Made by a program: the position numbers and the translations under genes. Positions 7,812-18,094 of a DNA stretch of 64,000 nucleotides are shown here, one piece after another (the stretch's first letter is position 1; every line of letters starts with the position of its first letter). Location: positions 3,240 through 67,239 of the forward strand of contig CAVSUL010000009.1 of the NCBI GenBank assembly GCA_963731325.1, given 5' to 3'. The DNA comes from an uncultured Verrucomicrobiae bacterium (GTDB taxonomy: Bacteria; Verrucomicrobiota; Verrucomicrobiia; Chthoniobacterales; JAFAMB01). The notes below the pieces were generated by a model, which saw only the letters and a program-made list of their open reading frames with translations, searched no databases and had not been told where the DNA came from.

Positions 7812-9638
7812 ATGAATTTACTTGAGGAATTGCAGGATTCAGTGGTTTGCGGCGACGGTGCCATGGGGACAGAGTTGATTGCCGCCGGTGCGCCAATTGA
7901 CACCTGCCTGGAAAAGCTCAACCTGTCCAGCCCGGACCTGGTGCTGCGCGTTCATCATTCGTACACCGAGGCCGGCGCCCGCTTGCTGGAGACCAATACT
8001 TTTGGGGCGAACGCCGGACGCCTGAGCAAGTACGGACTGGAAGAGCAGGCGACGGAGCTGAATCGGGCCGCAGTCGGCCTGGCGCGAAAAGCAATCGGCG
8101 GTCGTTCAATTTATCTCGCCGGAAGCGTTGGTCCGCTTGGGCTGTCGAACGACGTCGTCGAAACTCAAAAGATCGATCGATCGGCGGTGTTCCGAGATCA
8201 GCTCCACACACTGTTGGACGCTGGTGTTGATGTTATTTTTTTCGAAACTTTTGTTGACCTGGAAGAGCTGGAGACCGGGCTGAAAGCCCTTCGGGATCTG
8301 GACTCGGATGTGCCTGCCATCTGCTCGATGGCCTGTTCGGAGGAAGGACGATTGCCATCCAGTCTGTCCATCGGCCAGGCCTTTCGCGAGCTGGTGAAAG
8401 AACGGGCAGACATCGTTGGAGTAAACTGTGTCACCGGTCCGCACGCCCTGATAAAGATCCTGAAACGGATTCCCGCCGAGTACATCGTCAGTGCTTTTCC
8501 CAACGCTGGCTATCCGCGCTATCAGGATGGTCGGTTCGTCTATAATGCGGCGCCCGAATACTTCGGAACCGTGGCCAAAGAGTTTGTCGAGCAGGGCGCT
8601 CGTCTGATCGGAGGCTGTTGCGGCGTGGGTCCAGCTCACATTGCCGCGATGGTCAGAGCGATTGACGGTCTCAAACCAGTTCGGGCAAAGCCGGTGATCG
8701 ATTGGCGGGAAGAACCTGCTCCTGTCCTCGACCGGCCAATCCAGGAGACCAGCATTCTGGATCTCATGGCGCGAGGGCAAACGGTGGTGGTGACCGAATT
8801 GGATCCGCCAAAAACACTTGACCTCGAAAAATATCTGACCGGTGCCCAGCGCTTGATCGATGCCGGCAGCGACGCAATCACGCTGGCCGACAATTCGCTG
8901 GCGATTCTCCGGGTGAGTAATCTGGCGGTCGGCGCGATCCTGAAACAGAAGTACAATATCATGCCGTTGCTTCATGTGAGTTGCCGCGACCGAAACCTGA
9001 TCGGCTTGCAAAGCGAACTCATGGGGATCGCGGCTCTCGGCATCCGGCACGTATTGCCGCTGACCGGTGATCCGGCAAAATTCGGCGATCACCCCGGTGC
9101 ATCCTCAGTCTACGATGTGAACTCAATCCAACTGATTGAGATTATCGCGGGACTGAACCAAGGACATAATTTCACCGGCAAGGCAATCCGGTTCCGGCCC
9201 AACTTTGTGATCGGTTGTACTTTTAATCCGAATGCGAAAAACCTGGATGCGCAGATCGCACGCCTCCGCCGGAAAGTAGCGGCTGGCGCGCAGTACGCCA
9301 TGACGCAGCCGGTTTTCGATCGGCACCTGGTTAAACAAATGTACGACAGCACGCGCGATCTCGGCATTCCGATCTTGACCGGTGTCTGGCCGTTATTAAA
9401 CGGGCGTCAAACCGAGTTTCTCCACCACGAGGTGCCGGGGATTATTATTCCAGAATCCGTGCGGTCCAAAATGGCGGGAAGAGAAGGTACCGGGGCCAGG
9501 GAGTATGGGTTGGCGGTCGCCAAGGAGATCGTCGAAGCCGCTCTCGAATACTTTCCCGGCATTTACCTGATAACACCGTTCCTCGCCTATGACACCACCG
9601 TCGAACTTGCGCAGTTCGTCCGAAAATTATCGACCTAG
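7812..9638 (+). CDS. yitJ: Bifunctional homocysteine S-methyltransferase / 5,10-methylenetetrahydrofolate reductase (YitJ-type fusion)
   Basis: 608 aa. The N-terminal Hcy-binding domain has DGAMGTEL and GGCCGVGPAHI. The C-terminal MTHFR-like half includes VVVTELDPPK and FVIGCTFNP. Confidence 0.85.
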   Translation: MNLLEELQDSVVCGDGAMGTELIAAGAPIDTCLEKLNLSSPDLVLRVHHSYTEAGARLLETNTFGANAGRLSKYGLEEQATELNRAAVGLARKAIGGRSIYLAGSVGPLGLSNDVVETQKIDRSAVFRDQLHTLLDAGVDVIFFETFVDLEELETGLKALRDLDSDVPAICSMACSEEGRLPSSLSIGQAFRELVKERADIVGVNCVTGPHALIKILKRIPAEYIVSAFPNAGYPRYQDGRFVYNAAPEYFGTVAKEFVEQGARLIGGCCGVGPAHIAAMVRAIDGLKPVRAKPVIDWREEPAPVLDRPIQETSILDLMARGQTVVVTELDPPKTLDLEKYLTGAQRLIDAGSDAITLADNSLAILRVSNLAVGAILKQKYNIMPLLHVSCRDRNLIGLQSELMGIAALGIRHVLPLTGDPAKFGDHPGASSVYDVNSIQLIEIIAGLNQGHNFTGKAIRFRPNFVIGCTFNPNAKNLDAQIARLRRKVAAGAQYAMTQPVFDRHLVKQMYDSTRDLGIPILTGVWPLLNGRQTEFLHHEVPGIIIPESVRSKMAGREGTGAREYGLAVAKEIVEAALEYFPGIYLITPFLAYDTTVELAQFVRKLST

Positions 9639-10359
9639 GATTCCCTGGACGCTGCTCGCTCAAGTCGGTGGGCTGGTCCTTTTGATGATTGCTGCCTTTG
9701 TGCTTTCGTCACGCTATCCGGTGATTGACTGGTTAGCCGCCGGCCAGAAATCAATTGAGCGGCTTGGTTTCTGGAGCGGACTGGTCTATCCGTTCGCTTA
9801 TGCTATTTGCAACGTCCTGCTCTTGCCTGGGGGCGTTCTAAGTGTAGGAGCTGGGTTCTTCTTTGGTCTGTGGTGGGGATTTGCCATTGTCCTTGCCGGC
9901 AACCTGTTAGGCGCCACGATCGCCTTTTTTCTCGCCCGCCAGATTGGCCGGAAACGTATCGAGAAACTCTTGGCCCGCAGTCTTCGCTGGCAAGTACTTG
10001 ACCGCGCGCTGCAACGTCATGGCTGGAAAATCATTGTTCTGAGTCAGCTCAACCCTCTCGCACCTTCCAGTCTGCTGAATTACCTCTACGGACTAACCGG
10101 GATGAAGTTAAGAAAATGCCTGCCCTGGATTGCCGCGGGACAGATCCCCGGTTTGTTCCTCTACGTTTTCATCGGAACGCTCGGGCAATTCGGCGTTCAG
10201 ATGGCGCACGGCACTCGTCATCTACCCTTTATCCACGACTATGTGGTTTGGGGCGGAGGCTTCGCTATTACGGTCATTACCACCTTACTCCTGGGACTCC
10301 TCTCGCGGAGGATCATGCGCGAAGTGGAGGCGGAGGTTGAGGCCAGCAATGGGCGATAG
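9589..10359 (+). CDS. TVP38/TMEM64 (DedA/SNARE-associated) family membrane protein
   Basis: The family-typical core is LLLPGGVLSVGAGFFFGLWWGFAIVLAGNLLGATIAFFLARQIGR. The ATG at 9589 overlaps yitJ by 50 nt, so the ATG at 9685 is an alternative start. Confidence 0.8.
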   Translation: MTPPSNLRSSSENYRPRIPWTLLAQVGGLVLLMIAAFVLSSRYPVIDWLAAGQKSIERLGFWSGLVYPFAYAICNVLLLPGGVLSVGAGFFFGLWWGFAIVLAGNLLGATIAFFLARQIGRKRIEKLLARSLRWQVLDRALQRHGWKIIVLSQLNPLAPSSLLNYLYGLTGMKLRKCLPWIAAGQIPGLFLYVFIGTLGQFGVQMAHGTRHLPFIHDYVVWGGGFAITVITTLLLGLLSRRIMREVEAEVEASNGR

Positions 10360-10488
10360 CGAACACGCGGCTTCACTCCGTGATCGGTGCAAGGGTATCC
10401 TTTGCACGAAGTGTCGTAAAGCGTGTGCGATCACCTTGGCCGTCGCTACGCTCGGTTACGGCGCGGTGGGCCTCGGTCGCCGCTTTAA

Positions 10489-10917
10489 TTAAGACGGCGT
10501 GGAGCGTAGCGTCCGGCGCTTCGTGCCGGGGAAGTTTTTTTCTCCCCAATCAGCAATAACGCGGACGATGCCGGCCAGCGACCGGCCTTTGGCCGTCAAA
10601 GTGTAGGCCAGGCGGGGCGGATGCGCCTGGTAGAGCGCTGATTCAACCAAGCCTTCGCGCTCCAGGAGCTTGAGGCGGGCGGACAAGATATTTGTCGGTA
10701 TGCCCTCCGAAGAAGAGAGAAAATCGCGGAATTTTGTCTTTCCGTGCAACAGATCGCGAATGACGAGCAGAGTCCACCGATCACCGAACAATTCGAGGGA
10801 ACGGGCGATGGGACAATCAGAACGCGGTCTGCGCAGCTCTGCGGGAAGGATCACCCCAAAGGATAGCCCATTTAAATATACTTGCAAAACAAAAGTTACT
10901 GGATTAATAGTCGACAA
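10489..10917 (-). CDS. HxlR-family transcriptional regulator
   Basis: CPIARSLELFGDRWTLLVIRDLLHGKTKFRDFL...GIPTNILSARLKLLEREGLV is the HxlR winged-helix signature. It is divergent from the efflux operon. The start is a non-ATG codon and uncertain. Confidence 0.85.
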   Translation of the reverse strand: MSTINPVTFVLQVYLNGLSFGVILPAELRRPRSDCPIARSLELFGDRWTLLVIRDLLHGKTKFRDFLSSSEGIPTNILSARLKLLEREGLVESALYQAHPPRLAYTLTAKGRSLAGIVRVIADWGEKNFPGTKRRTLRSTPS

Positions 10918-10977
10918 GTTGCTACTGATACACTAGTCACTAGTATATATGAAGTCACTGCGACCTTGCATACATCC

Positions 10978-12204
10978 ATGAGTAAACCAGCGCTTTCGCA
11001 GAAAAATTCGCTCAACGGTTCCACTCGGCCCGGAGACCAGCCAAACCCAATCCACGATCGCCTGAGCGCCGTTGCCGCTGCCTCCGTCGCCGAACGGCGC
11101 GGTGAAGTTCGCGCCACAGCTCCCGACCAAAAGAGTCTTGTCCAAGGCCGGCGGAGAAGCCGGATCCTTCGCCGGGCACTCCTTGGGTTGGTTGTTGTCG
11201 GTTTGGCTTGGGGCGCCAAATATTATTTCATCGATCGTTTTCATCAATCGACCGACGACGCATTTATCGACGCGCATGTCAGCCAGATTAGCGCGAAGGT
11301 CGCCGCTCATGTCGTTCGACTGAAAATCGACGACAACTCTGAGGTGCGGGCGGGGGACCTATTGCTAGAACTCGATCCGCGCGATTTTCAGACCGAGCAT
11401 GACCAGGCTGCGGCAAGCTTGCGAGCTGCTCAGTCCCGGCGAATCCAGGCAGAGGCTCAAGTGAAAGTCACCGAGGCGCAATTCGAGCAAGCCAAAGCCC
11501 AGGCCGATAGCGCCCAAGCAACCGCGGTTGAAGCAATCGCTGATCTGGACCGGGACCGGAAGCTGCGCGCGCGGCAAGTCATCGATCAGCGGGATCTCGA
11601 TCATTCCGTCGCGAATGCCGGGACTTCCGGTGCCGCGCTGGACGCTGCGCGAAAGTCCGTCTTGGCCGCGCAGGCGCAGATCAGTTTGAGCGAAGCGGAG
11701 CTCGAAGCGTCCGCCGCCCAGGTCGGCGAAGCCCAGGCGCAGCTCCAGGCGGCCGACCTGCGGCTTTCTTACACCCGGATCTATGCGCCAGTATCTGGAA
11801 AAGTCACCCGCAAAAACGTCGAAATTGGTGATTACGTTCAGCCTGGCCAAACGCTCTTCGCCATTGTGCCGCACGATGTTTGGGTCGTGGCAAACTTTAA
11901 AGAGACCCAGCTTGGCCAAATGGCAGTTGGTCAGCGGGTTGAGGTGCGAGTCGATGCGGCCCCCGGCCGGAAGCTTCGCGGCCATATCGAGAGTCTTCAG
12001 CTGGGCACCGGATCGCGCTTTAGCCTTCTTCCGCCCGAAAATGCTACCGGGAACTACGTGAAAGTCGTACAGCGGCTGCCGCTAAAGATCGTTTTCGATG
12101 AACCGGAGACGGTGCTTCGGCCGCTTGCACCGGGTATGTCGGTTGAACCGGATGTTCTTTTAGCCCCGGTCACTTCCCTGACTGCGGCAAAGCGCTCACG
12201 GTAA
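10978..12204 (+). CDS. HlyD-family membrane fusion protein (EmrA-like)
   Basis: It has a TM anchor, the motif DDAFIDAHVSQISAKVAAHV, a long coiled coil, and LSYTRIYAPVSGKVTRKNVEIGDYV. The ATG at 10978 is preferred over the longest ORF start at 10882. Confidence 0.85.
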   Translation: MSKPALSQKNSLNGSTRPGDQPNPIHDRLSAVAAASVAERRGEVRATAPDQKSLVQGRRRSRILRRALLGLVVVGLAWGAKYYFIDRFHQSTDDAFIDAHVSQISAKVAAHVVRLKIDDNSEVRAGDLLLELDPRDFQTEHDQAAASLRAAQSRRIQAEAQVKVTEAQFEQAKAQADSAQATAVEAIADLDRDRKLRARQVIDQRDLDHSVANAGTSGAALDAARKSVLAAQAQISLSEAELEASAAQVGEAQAQLQAADLRLSYTRIYAPVSGKVTRKNVEIGDYVQPGQTLFAIVPHDVWVVANFKETQLGQMAVGQRVEVRVDAAPGRKLRGHIESLQLGTGSRFSLLPPENATGNYVKVVQRLPLKIVFDEPETVLRPLAPGMSVEPDVLLAPVTSLTAAKRSR

Positions 12205-12273
12205 CGAAAGCCTGGCCGCCTCCACTGCTACTAGTGAGGGAAGGATCGTCCGACCGCAAATCCTCGAAGAAAG

Positions 12274-14007
12274 TTGAGTATGTTGACAGCGCCTCCCGCC
12301 TTCCGGGCCGTCGAGCCGGTAATCAATCCGTGGTTGGTCGCGATTACCGTCACTCTCGCGACATTTATGGAACTGCTCGACACGAGCATCGCGAATGTCT
12401 CTTTGCCTCAGATTGCAGGCGGGCTAGGCACAAGCACGGACGAAGCCTCGTGGGTGCTCACCAGTTACCTGGTAGCTAACGCCGTGGTGTTGCCGATGAG
12501 CGCGTGGCTGGGTCGAGTCTTCGGCCGGAAAAATTACTACATGGCGTGCGTGGCGTGCTTCACCCTGAGTTCGTTCCTCTGCGGGATAGCGCCAAACCTG
12601 CCACTGCTAATCTTTTTCCGGGTACTCCAGGGGATTGCCGGCGGTGGATTGGCTCCGTCTGAACAAGCGATTTTGGTTGATACCTTTCCGGCGAACAAGC
12701 GCGCCGGTGCTTTTGGCCTGTACAGCATGGCGATCGTCACCGCGCCGGCAATCGGACCAACTTTGGGCGGATGGATCACCGACAATTTTTCCTGGCGGTG
12801 GGTGTTTTTAATCAATATTCCGGTTGGCCTGCTTTCCCTCGTATTGACGAGTCAGATAGTCAAAGATCCACCGCAATTCATCAAAGAAATGCGAACACTG
12901 CGCAGCAGGGGCGGAATCAAGATTGATTACGTTGGTATCGGACTGATTGCTCTGGGGTTCGGTTGCCTCGAAGTGGTGCTGGATAAAGGGCAGGAGGACG
13001 ACTGGTTTAGCAGTCCATTCATCACAACCTTTGGAGTGCTGGCTTTGATCGGTTTGTTTTTCGGACTTCTCTGGGAGTTCTATGAGACCGACCCGGTAAT
13101 CGACCTGTCCCTGCTTCGCGATCGGAACTTTGCCCTGGCCAACGTCTTCTATTTCGTCTTCGGATTTACGCTCTGGGGCAGCACCCTGCTGGTGCCGCAA
13201 TGGTTGCAGTCTCTAGAAGGTTATACGGCCACCATCGCTGGTTTGGTTTTGACTCCGGGAGCGATGCTCATCGTGGTCTTAGCGCCAGTCGTCGTCCGCT
13301 TGAACGCGAAGATCGGCTCTAAGCCGCTCGTTCTGCTTGGATTCTCGATCATCGCTTTGGCGATGTGGCGCTACAGCCAACTGGATCTGACCGCGGACTA
13401 CCGGTCATTTGTGCTTTGCCGGATGCTGCAGGGTCTTGGCATCGCCATGCTGTTCGTTCCGACCAGCCAAATTGCTTACTCAAACCTGCCTGCCGAAAAG
13501 AACAGTAAAGCGAGCAGTCTGACCAACCTTTTTCGTAACGAGGGTGGCAGCTTCGGAATCGCGTTTTCGACCACCCTGCTGGCGCGTCGCAGCCAATTTC
13601 ATCAGAGCGTTCTGGGCGCTCACATCACGCCTTACGATTCGCCGGTGCAAACCTGGATTGCGCAGATGAGCACGGCTTTCGTTCACGCGGGTTTTACCAG
13701 TGCTGACGCGCTCGTCCACGCCGAGGCGAAACTCGCTTCCATCGTCGATCAACAAGCGCATCTGCTGGCCTATCTGGATTGTCATCTTTTGCTCGCTCTC
13801 GTCGCATTGGCCGGCTGTACGACAGCCATTTTTGTTCAGAATGGAAGGGTGGCCGGGCGGCCGTCGGGCTCGGCTGTGGCCTCGCCTCATGAGGATATTC
13901 TGAACTCGCATGCGCAGGCGGAAAACGCGGTTTTTCTACGGTTTGCGCGCGAGGCTCGGGCAGCGGCGCAAAATTTGAGCGTCATACGTGAAAAGGTTGA
14001 TCCCTAG
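12274..14007 (+). CDS. DHA2-family MFS multidrug efflux permease (EmrB/QacA-like, 14 TM)
   Basis: Family motifs are LDTSIANVSLPQIAGGLG and LRVLQGIAGGGLAPSEQAIL. The last ~55 codons overlap the VapC remnant on the opposite strand and may be read-through tail. Confidence 0.85.
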   Translation: MSMLTAPPAFRAVEPVINPWLVAITVTLATFMELLDTSIANVSLPQIAGGLGTSTDEASWVLTSYLVANAVVLPMSAWLGRVFGRKNYYMACVACFTLSSFLCGIAPNLPLLIFFRVLQGIAGGGLAPSEQAILVDTFPANKRAGAFGLYSMAIVTAPAIGPTLGGWITDNFSWRWVFLINIPVGLLSLVLTSQIVKDPPQFIKEMRTLRSRGGIKIDYVGIGLIALGFGCLEVVLDKGQEDDWFSSPFITTFGVLALIGLFFGLLWEFYETDPVIDLSLLRDRNFALANVFYFVFGFTLWGSTLLVPQWLQSLEGYTATIAGLVLTPGAMLIVVLAPVVVRLNAKIGSKPLVLLGFSIIALAMWRYSQLDLTADYRSFVLCRMLQGLGIAMLFVPTSQIAYSNLPAEKNSKASSLTNLFRNEGGSFGIAFSTTLLARRSQFHQSVLGAHITPYDSPVQTWIAQMSTAFVHAGFTSADALVHAEAKLASIVDQQAHLLAYLDCHLLLALVALAGCTTAIFVQNGRVAGRPSGSAVASPHEDILNSHAQAENAVFLRFAREARAAAQNLSVIREKVDP

Positions 14008-14262
14008 TTGTTCCGCTAGTGCGACGAACTCTGCGTCGTAAGCGGCGCAATTGATTTTCGCAGCTACTTCCAGGATCTGGCGTGAGGCGACCGCAAAAGA
14101 TTTGCCGTTGAGGATCTGCTCCGCCTGCTCGGCTAAGATCAATCCGATTTCGAGAGATAGCTGCCCCGCCCGAATATAAGTGACTAGGACGTTCAGCAAT
14201 TCAGATCGCCAAATCAGCGGAGCCACCCAGTCCGGGTCTTTCAGAAAGAGCCGCCGAACTTC
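13936..14262 (-). pseudogene. N-terminally truncated PIN-domain (VapC-like) toxin remnant
   Basis: APLIWRSELLNVL...AAYDAEFVALAEQLGINLFTYDAQIL matches the middle and C-terminal PIN motifs. The N-terminal ~25 aa with the first catalytic Asp are missing. The open frame begins directly after the kinase stop codon, and there is no VapB gene. Confidence 0.6.
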
Positions 14263-17172
14263 TCAGTCAGACGGCTTCAGCTTTGCGAGAAGGGTGTGGT
14301 ACCGAGGATCGTTCCGCAACGGGTCCCAGAGCGGATCCGTTTTAAGGCTGCCATACGACAAGTCGGGTAAAAAAGGGAGCTCTGCCAGTTTGAAAAGTTG
14401 ATCGAACGCCCGATTGGCTTCGCCCGCCCAGGCGTAGACGAGAGCCAGGTTGGTCTCCAGATTGGGGCCGGTGACCAGATCTTCTTGCGTCGAGATGAGC
14501 GCGACCGCGCGTTCCGCCTCGGCACAACCTTTTTGCGCATCTCCGAGCAGGATGTCGACGAGAGCCAGCGCGCTGAGCATCCGAGGATTATCACCGGAGT
14601 CCGCCACGCTTTGTGCCAGGCGATCGCGCGTATTGTCAAAGTCGGACAGATGATCGCCCGAGCCACGCAATCGAGCGATCAAGATCGAGTAGCAGCCTGG
14701 CGGCACCGATGCCTGGGCGTAGCCAAAGCCTCCAAAAGAATCGTTTTCCCCCATTTCGTTGATTTGTGCTTCGGCCTGTGCCCAGTTGCGGTCGTAAAGA
14801 GCCAGCAGGATGCGTTCGGTAAAAAAATTCCGATACTCTTCGGTACCGGGCGTTACGGTCGACAGGACTGCTCGCAACTCGGTCGGATCTCCGGTCAGAA
14901 AAAACGTGAGATTTGCCCGCTCGTCTCGCTGCCCCAGGTCGTTCGGGGCCAGCTCGACCGCGCGATCGCACAAGCGTTGCGCCTGCTTGAAATGTCGCAA
15001 GCCGCGCTGGAGAAAGCTAAATTGCTGAATGAGTTCGAGCGAAGTGGGGTCGAGCCGGAGCGCTTGCTCGAACGCGCGGATCGAATCGGCAAAACGACCC
15101 TGTCTCCGCGCGATGTATGCTTCGAGAGTAAGAAGATCGACGTTATTGGGAAGGCTGCGTCTGGCTAACTCGAGTTCCGGCTGGAGACGCGCGTAATCTC
15201 GGTAACAGTAGTAGAGATGACCAGCGTATGCTAAACGAACCTCGGCCGATTCCGGCGCTCGACGTCTGGCCTCGTTGATCGCAGCGTCACCTTGGTTACG
15301 GCGAGCAAGGGAGGAATCATAAAACCGGTAGAGAGCGTCGTGCGCCTGGGTTAATGCACAGTAGGCTACCGCGAACTGCGGATCGAGCGCCACCGCTTCG
15401 TTGAGTTTGCTGACGGCGCCAAGAAGCTGTTTTTCGGCGCTATCGTCGTTTTCGGACGCAATCGCTTTGTTCAGCAAATCCTTGCCGCGCAGATACCAAT
15501 CGTAGGCTTGCAGGTTTTGGGTCGGTTTTTCCTCAATCACCTTCTTCTGTTCTCCGGTCAGAGCGGACTCTAGCTTTTTCGCTACCGTCTGGGCGATCTC
15601 ACTCTGGATGCTAAAGATGTCGGTCAGGCGCCGATCATAACTGTCAGCCCACAGCGTTCGGTCGCTGGCGGCGTCGATCAGCTCGGTGCTCACCCGAACG
15701 CGGTCTCTGTCCCGCTGTACCGTTCCTTCCAGCACATGGTCAACCTCCAGCGTGTTGGCGATCTGATGAAGGTCGCGCTGGCGGTCGGCTCGGTACTGCA
15801 TGACCGATGTGCGGCTCGTGACCCGCAATTGGGCGATCCGAGCGAGATCATTCAAAATCTCCTCCTGCACACCGTCGGCGAAGTAGGTGTCATCGGGGTT
15901 TCCGCCAATGTTCTCGAACGGGAGAACGGCAATACTTTTGCCGGTTGGGGCTGCTCCGGCTGCTCGATGACGAAGGAGAATTCCGCGCGGACCGAGGAAG
16001 AAAAACAAGCCGAGGACGAATCCGGCCATGGCCAAACCTAAGGCCGCCCACCACTGAAGAGGGTGTTTGGCCCGTCTTCGAGCCGATCCCTGAGACGGGT
16101 CATCCGGCGGAGCCGCGCGCTCTGCCCCGGCTTTGCCCGAGCTCGTCAGATCTTCTGGGGACCGCAACTCGTCCGCGGTCAGTCGTCTTCCGGCAGCAAC
16201 TGCTTCTCTCACCCTTGGCAGAGCCTTTCGCAGTTGACCCGGATCTTGAAACCGTTGACCGGGATCCTTAGCCAGCAGGATGCTTAGCAAGGTTACCACC
16301 GGCGGCGGAACACCCTTCAATTTTTCGAAAGGAGGCGCGACATGTTGGTGCTGATGCATCAACTCCGCCGGGGAACCCTGAAAAGGTGCTTTACCCGACA
16401 GCATCTCCCAGAGCGAAATTCCCAGCGAATAAAGATCGGAACGAATGTCTGCGCCCAGCCCGGCAAATTGCTCTGGACTGGCGTACCTTGGCGTTCCGGT
16501 AAAACTCCCCAGCACCGAAATCGCAGCGCCCTCCGCAGCTCCCTTTGCCAATCCCAGGTCGATGATCTTGACGCTCTCCGGCCAGCCTTCCTCGACGCTG
16601 ACCATGATATTGCTGGGTTTGATATCCCGATGGACCAAGTGCTGTTTCTGGATGGCGGCCAAGCCAGCCGCTGTTTGCTCTGCGATCGCGAGCGCCGCGC
16701 CGACCTCCACCCGTCCAGAATGAGCGATGAGTTGCTCCAGCGTTTCTCCATCGACAAATTCCATGGCGTAAAAGTAATCGCCGCCGCTTTCGCCCAGGTG
16801 AAAAACCGAGGCGACATTGGGATGGCGAACACTGGCTGCTGCTCGCGCTTCCCGCACAAACCGGCGTCGCGCCGAATCGTCGCCGAGAAAACGGGCGCTA
16901 ATGATCTTCAAGGCGACCGGGCACCGCAAATGGATATCCAGGGCTTTGTAGGTAACCCCCATGGCCCCGCGGCCAAGCTCCACCGGACTTCCGTCCATCT
17001 TCTCGAGGACCTGATAATGCTCAAACCGCAGCCCGGATGAGATGTCCGCGATGGACAATGTAGCCTTTTCCAGATCCAGTGCGTCCCGCGAGGTACAAAC
17101 CGGACAGGAGTCGCTGGTGTTCAGCAACCGCGTCCCGCAGATTGGGCAGCTCCGTTGGTCGTTTGTGGCCAC
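14263..17172 (-). CDS. Ser/Thr protein kinase with an N-terminal zinc ribbon, one TM segment and an extracytoplasmic TPR-rich domain
   Basis: The zinc ribbon is CPICG...CPVC. The Hanks kinase motifs are GRGAMGVTYKA, HRDIKPSNIM, DLGLAK and TPRYASPEQ. The TM segment is WWAALGLAMAGFVLGLFFFL. A long TPR-like C-terminus follows. The start is GTG. Confidence 0.9.
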   Translation of the reverse strand: MATNDQRSCPICGTRLLNTSDSCPVCTSRDALDLEKATLSIADISSGLRFEHYQVLEKMDGSPVELGRGAMGVTYKALDIHLRCPVALKIISARFLGDDSARRRFVREARAAASVRHPNVASVFHLGESGGDYFYAMEFVDGETLEQLIAHSGRVEVGAALAIAEQTAAGLAAIQKQHLVHRDIKPSNIMVSVEEGWPESVKIIDLGLAKGAAEGAAISVLGSFTGTPRYASPEQFAGLGADIRSDLYSLGISLWEMLSGKAPFQGSPAELMHQHQHVAPPFEKLKGVPPPVVTLLSILLAKDPGQRFQDPGQLRKALPRVREAVAAGRRLTADELRSPEDLTSSGKAGAERAAPPDDPSQGSARRRAKHPLQWWAALGLAMAGFVLGLFFFLGPRGILLRHRAAGAAPTGKSIAVLPFENIGGNPDDTYFADGVQEEILNDLARIAQLRVTSRTSVMQYRADRQRDLHQIANTLEVDHVLEGTVQRDRDRVRVSTELIDAASDRTLWADSYDRRLTDIFSIQSEIAQTVAKKLESALTGEQKKVIEEKPTQNLQAYDWYLRGKDLLNKAIASENDDSAEKQLLGAVSKLNEAVALDPQFAVAYCALTQAHDALYRFYDSSLARRNQGDAAINEARRRAPESAEVRLAYAGHLYYCYRDYARLQPELELARRSLPNNVDLLTLEAYIARRQGRFADSIRAFEQALRLDPTSLELIQQFSFLQRGLRHFKQAQRLCDRAVELAPNDLGQRDERANLTFFLTGDPTELRAVLSTVTPGTEEYRNFFTERILLALYDRNWAQAEAQINEMGENDSFGGFGYAQASVPPGCYSILIARLRGSGDHLSDFDNTRDRLAQSVADSGDNPRMLSALALVDILLGDAQKGCAEAERAVALISTQEDLVTGPNLETNLALVYAWAGEANRAFDQLFKLAELPFLPDLSYGSLKTDPLWDPLRNDPRYHTLLAKLKPSD

Positions 17173-17414
17173 TAGCGTTTATCGGCCTTCGGCGGCAGTG
17201 AGCGCCTTGCGGCGAGCAAGAATCTCCTCGTCGATTGATTGCGAATCGGTCCCGGCAGGGCAACTTCCTCCCGCAGGAACTCATGATAGCGCTTGCGCCG
17301 CCGTGCAACAAACCCATAAACACGATAGCCGATGATCGATAACCGATGGCCATACGAGTAGTACGATGAGAGTGACGGGGTTAGTGCGATGATCGGCGTC
17401 TTCTAATTTCTCTA

Positions 17415-18026
17415 TTGAGATTCGAAAAGCCAGATCGAACAACTGTCGTGAAAAAAAACTCGTGGAAGAGGACATTCGAGAACGCCTTGTGGAACAGCCG
17501 TTTTATCGTCCTGTTCGCAGTGATCACCAGCGTTCTGGCCGGACTGGATTTGTTCTTTATAATCGGCTTGGAGTCTTTCCGCGTTCTCCTGAGCCTGGCG
17601 CATGGAGCAGATCCTTCGCTGGATCTCGGTCAGAGAGAAGCGGTCCTACGTCAAAGTATCTTACGGATGATCTCGCTAATCGATGGATATCTGCTGGGCG
17701 CATTCATGTTCATCTTTGGCTTCGGCTTGTATGAGCTTTTCTTGGCAGATCTTCAGGAAGCCAAGTCGTCTCAAGCCTCCGGAAGGATTCTTCGCATCAA
17801 ATCGCTGGAAGACCTCAAGACGCGTCTGGGAAGGGTTATCCTGATCATCCTGATCGTCGAGATTTTCAAAGATGCTTACGAGATCAAGGCTCAAAGCCCT
17901 CTCGATTTGCTCTATGTCGCGGCAACCATCGCCCTGATCGGCCTGGCACTCTTTCTGACGCATAGTTCAGCGCCGGTAAAAAGCCCCGAGCCGACTGCGC
18001 ACGACGAAAGCCAGGACTCCGGCTGA
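17415..18026 (+). CDS. YqhA-family (UPF0114) membrane protein
   Basis: FENALWNSRFIVLFAVITSVLAGL is the family-typical N-terminus, and there are 3-4 TM segments. The start is TTG and uncertain. Confidence 0.65.
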   Translation: MRFEKPDRTTVVKKNSWKRTFENALWNSRFIVLFAVITSVLAGLDLFFIIGLESFRVLLSLAHGADPSLDLGQREAVLRQSILRMISLIDGYLLGAFMFIFGFGLYELFLADLQEAKSSQASGRILRIKSLEDLKTRLGRVILIILIVEIFKDAYEIKAQSPLDLLYVAATIALIGLALFLTHSSAPVKSPEPTAHDESQDSG

Positions 18027-18094
18027 ACCAGGCCGGTCTTATGGCTCAGCGAAAGAATGGCGCGCCGAAGAATGCGCGAGGCTTTTGGCGGTGT

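Noticed and set aside
8106-9092. Long antisense ORFs inside well-supported genes. Examples are the 328-aa ORF opposite yitJ, 53590-54402 opposite the porin, 44853-45848 opposite the W-rich protein, 11365-11985 opposite emrA, 16342-17040 opposite the kinase, 57432-58139 opposite the Omp85 gene, and 48550-49197 opposite gspE.
   Set aside because: High GC content gives long open antisense frames. Their sequences are low-complexity or Arg-rich with no recognisable motifs, while the sense-strand genes have unambiguous family signatures.
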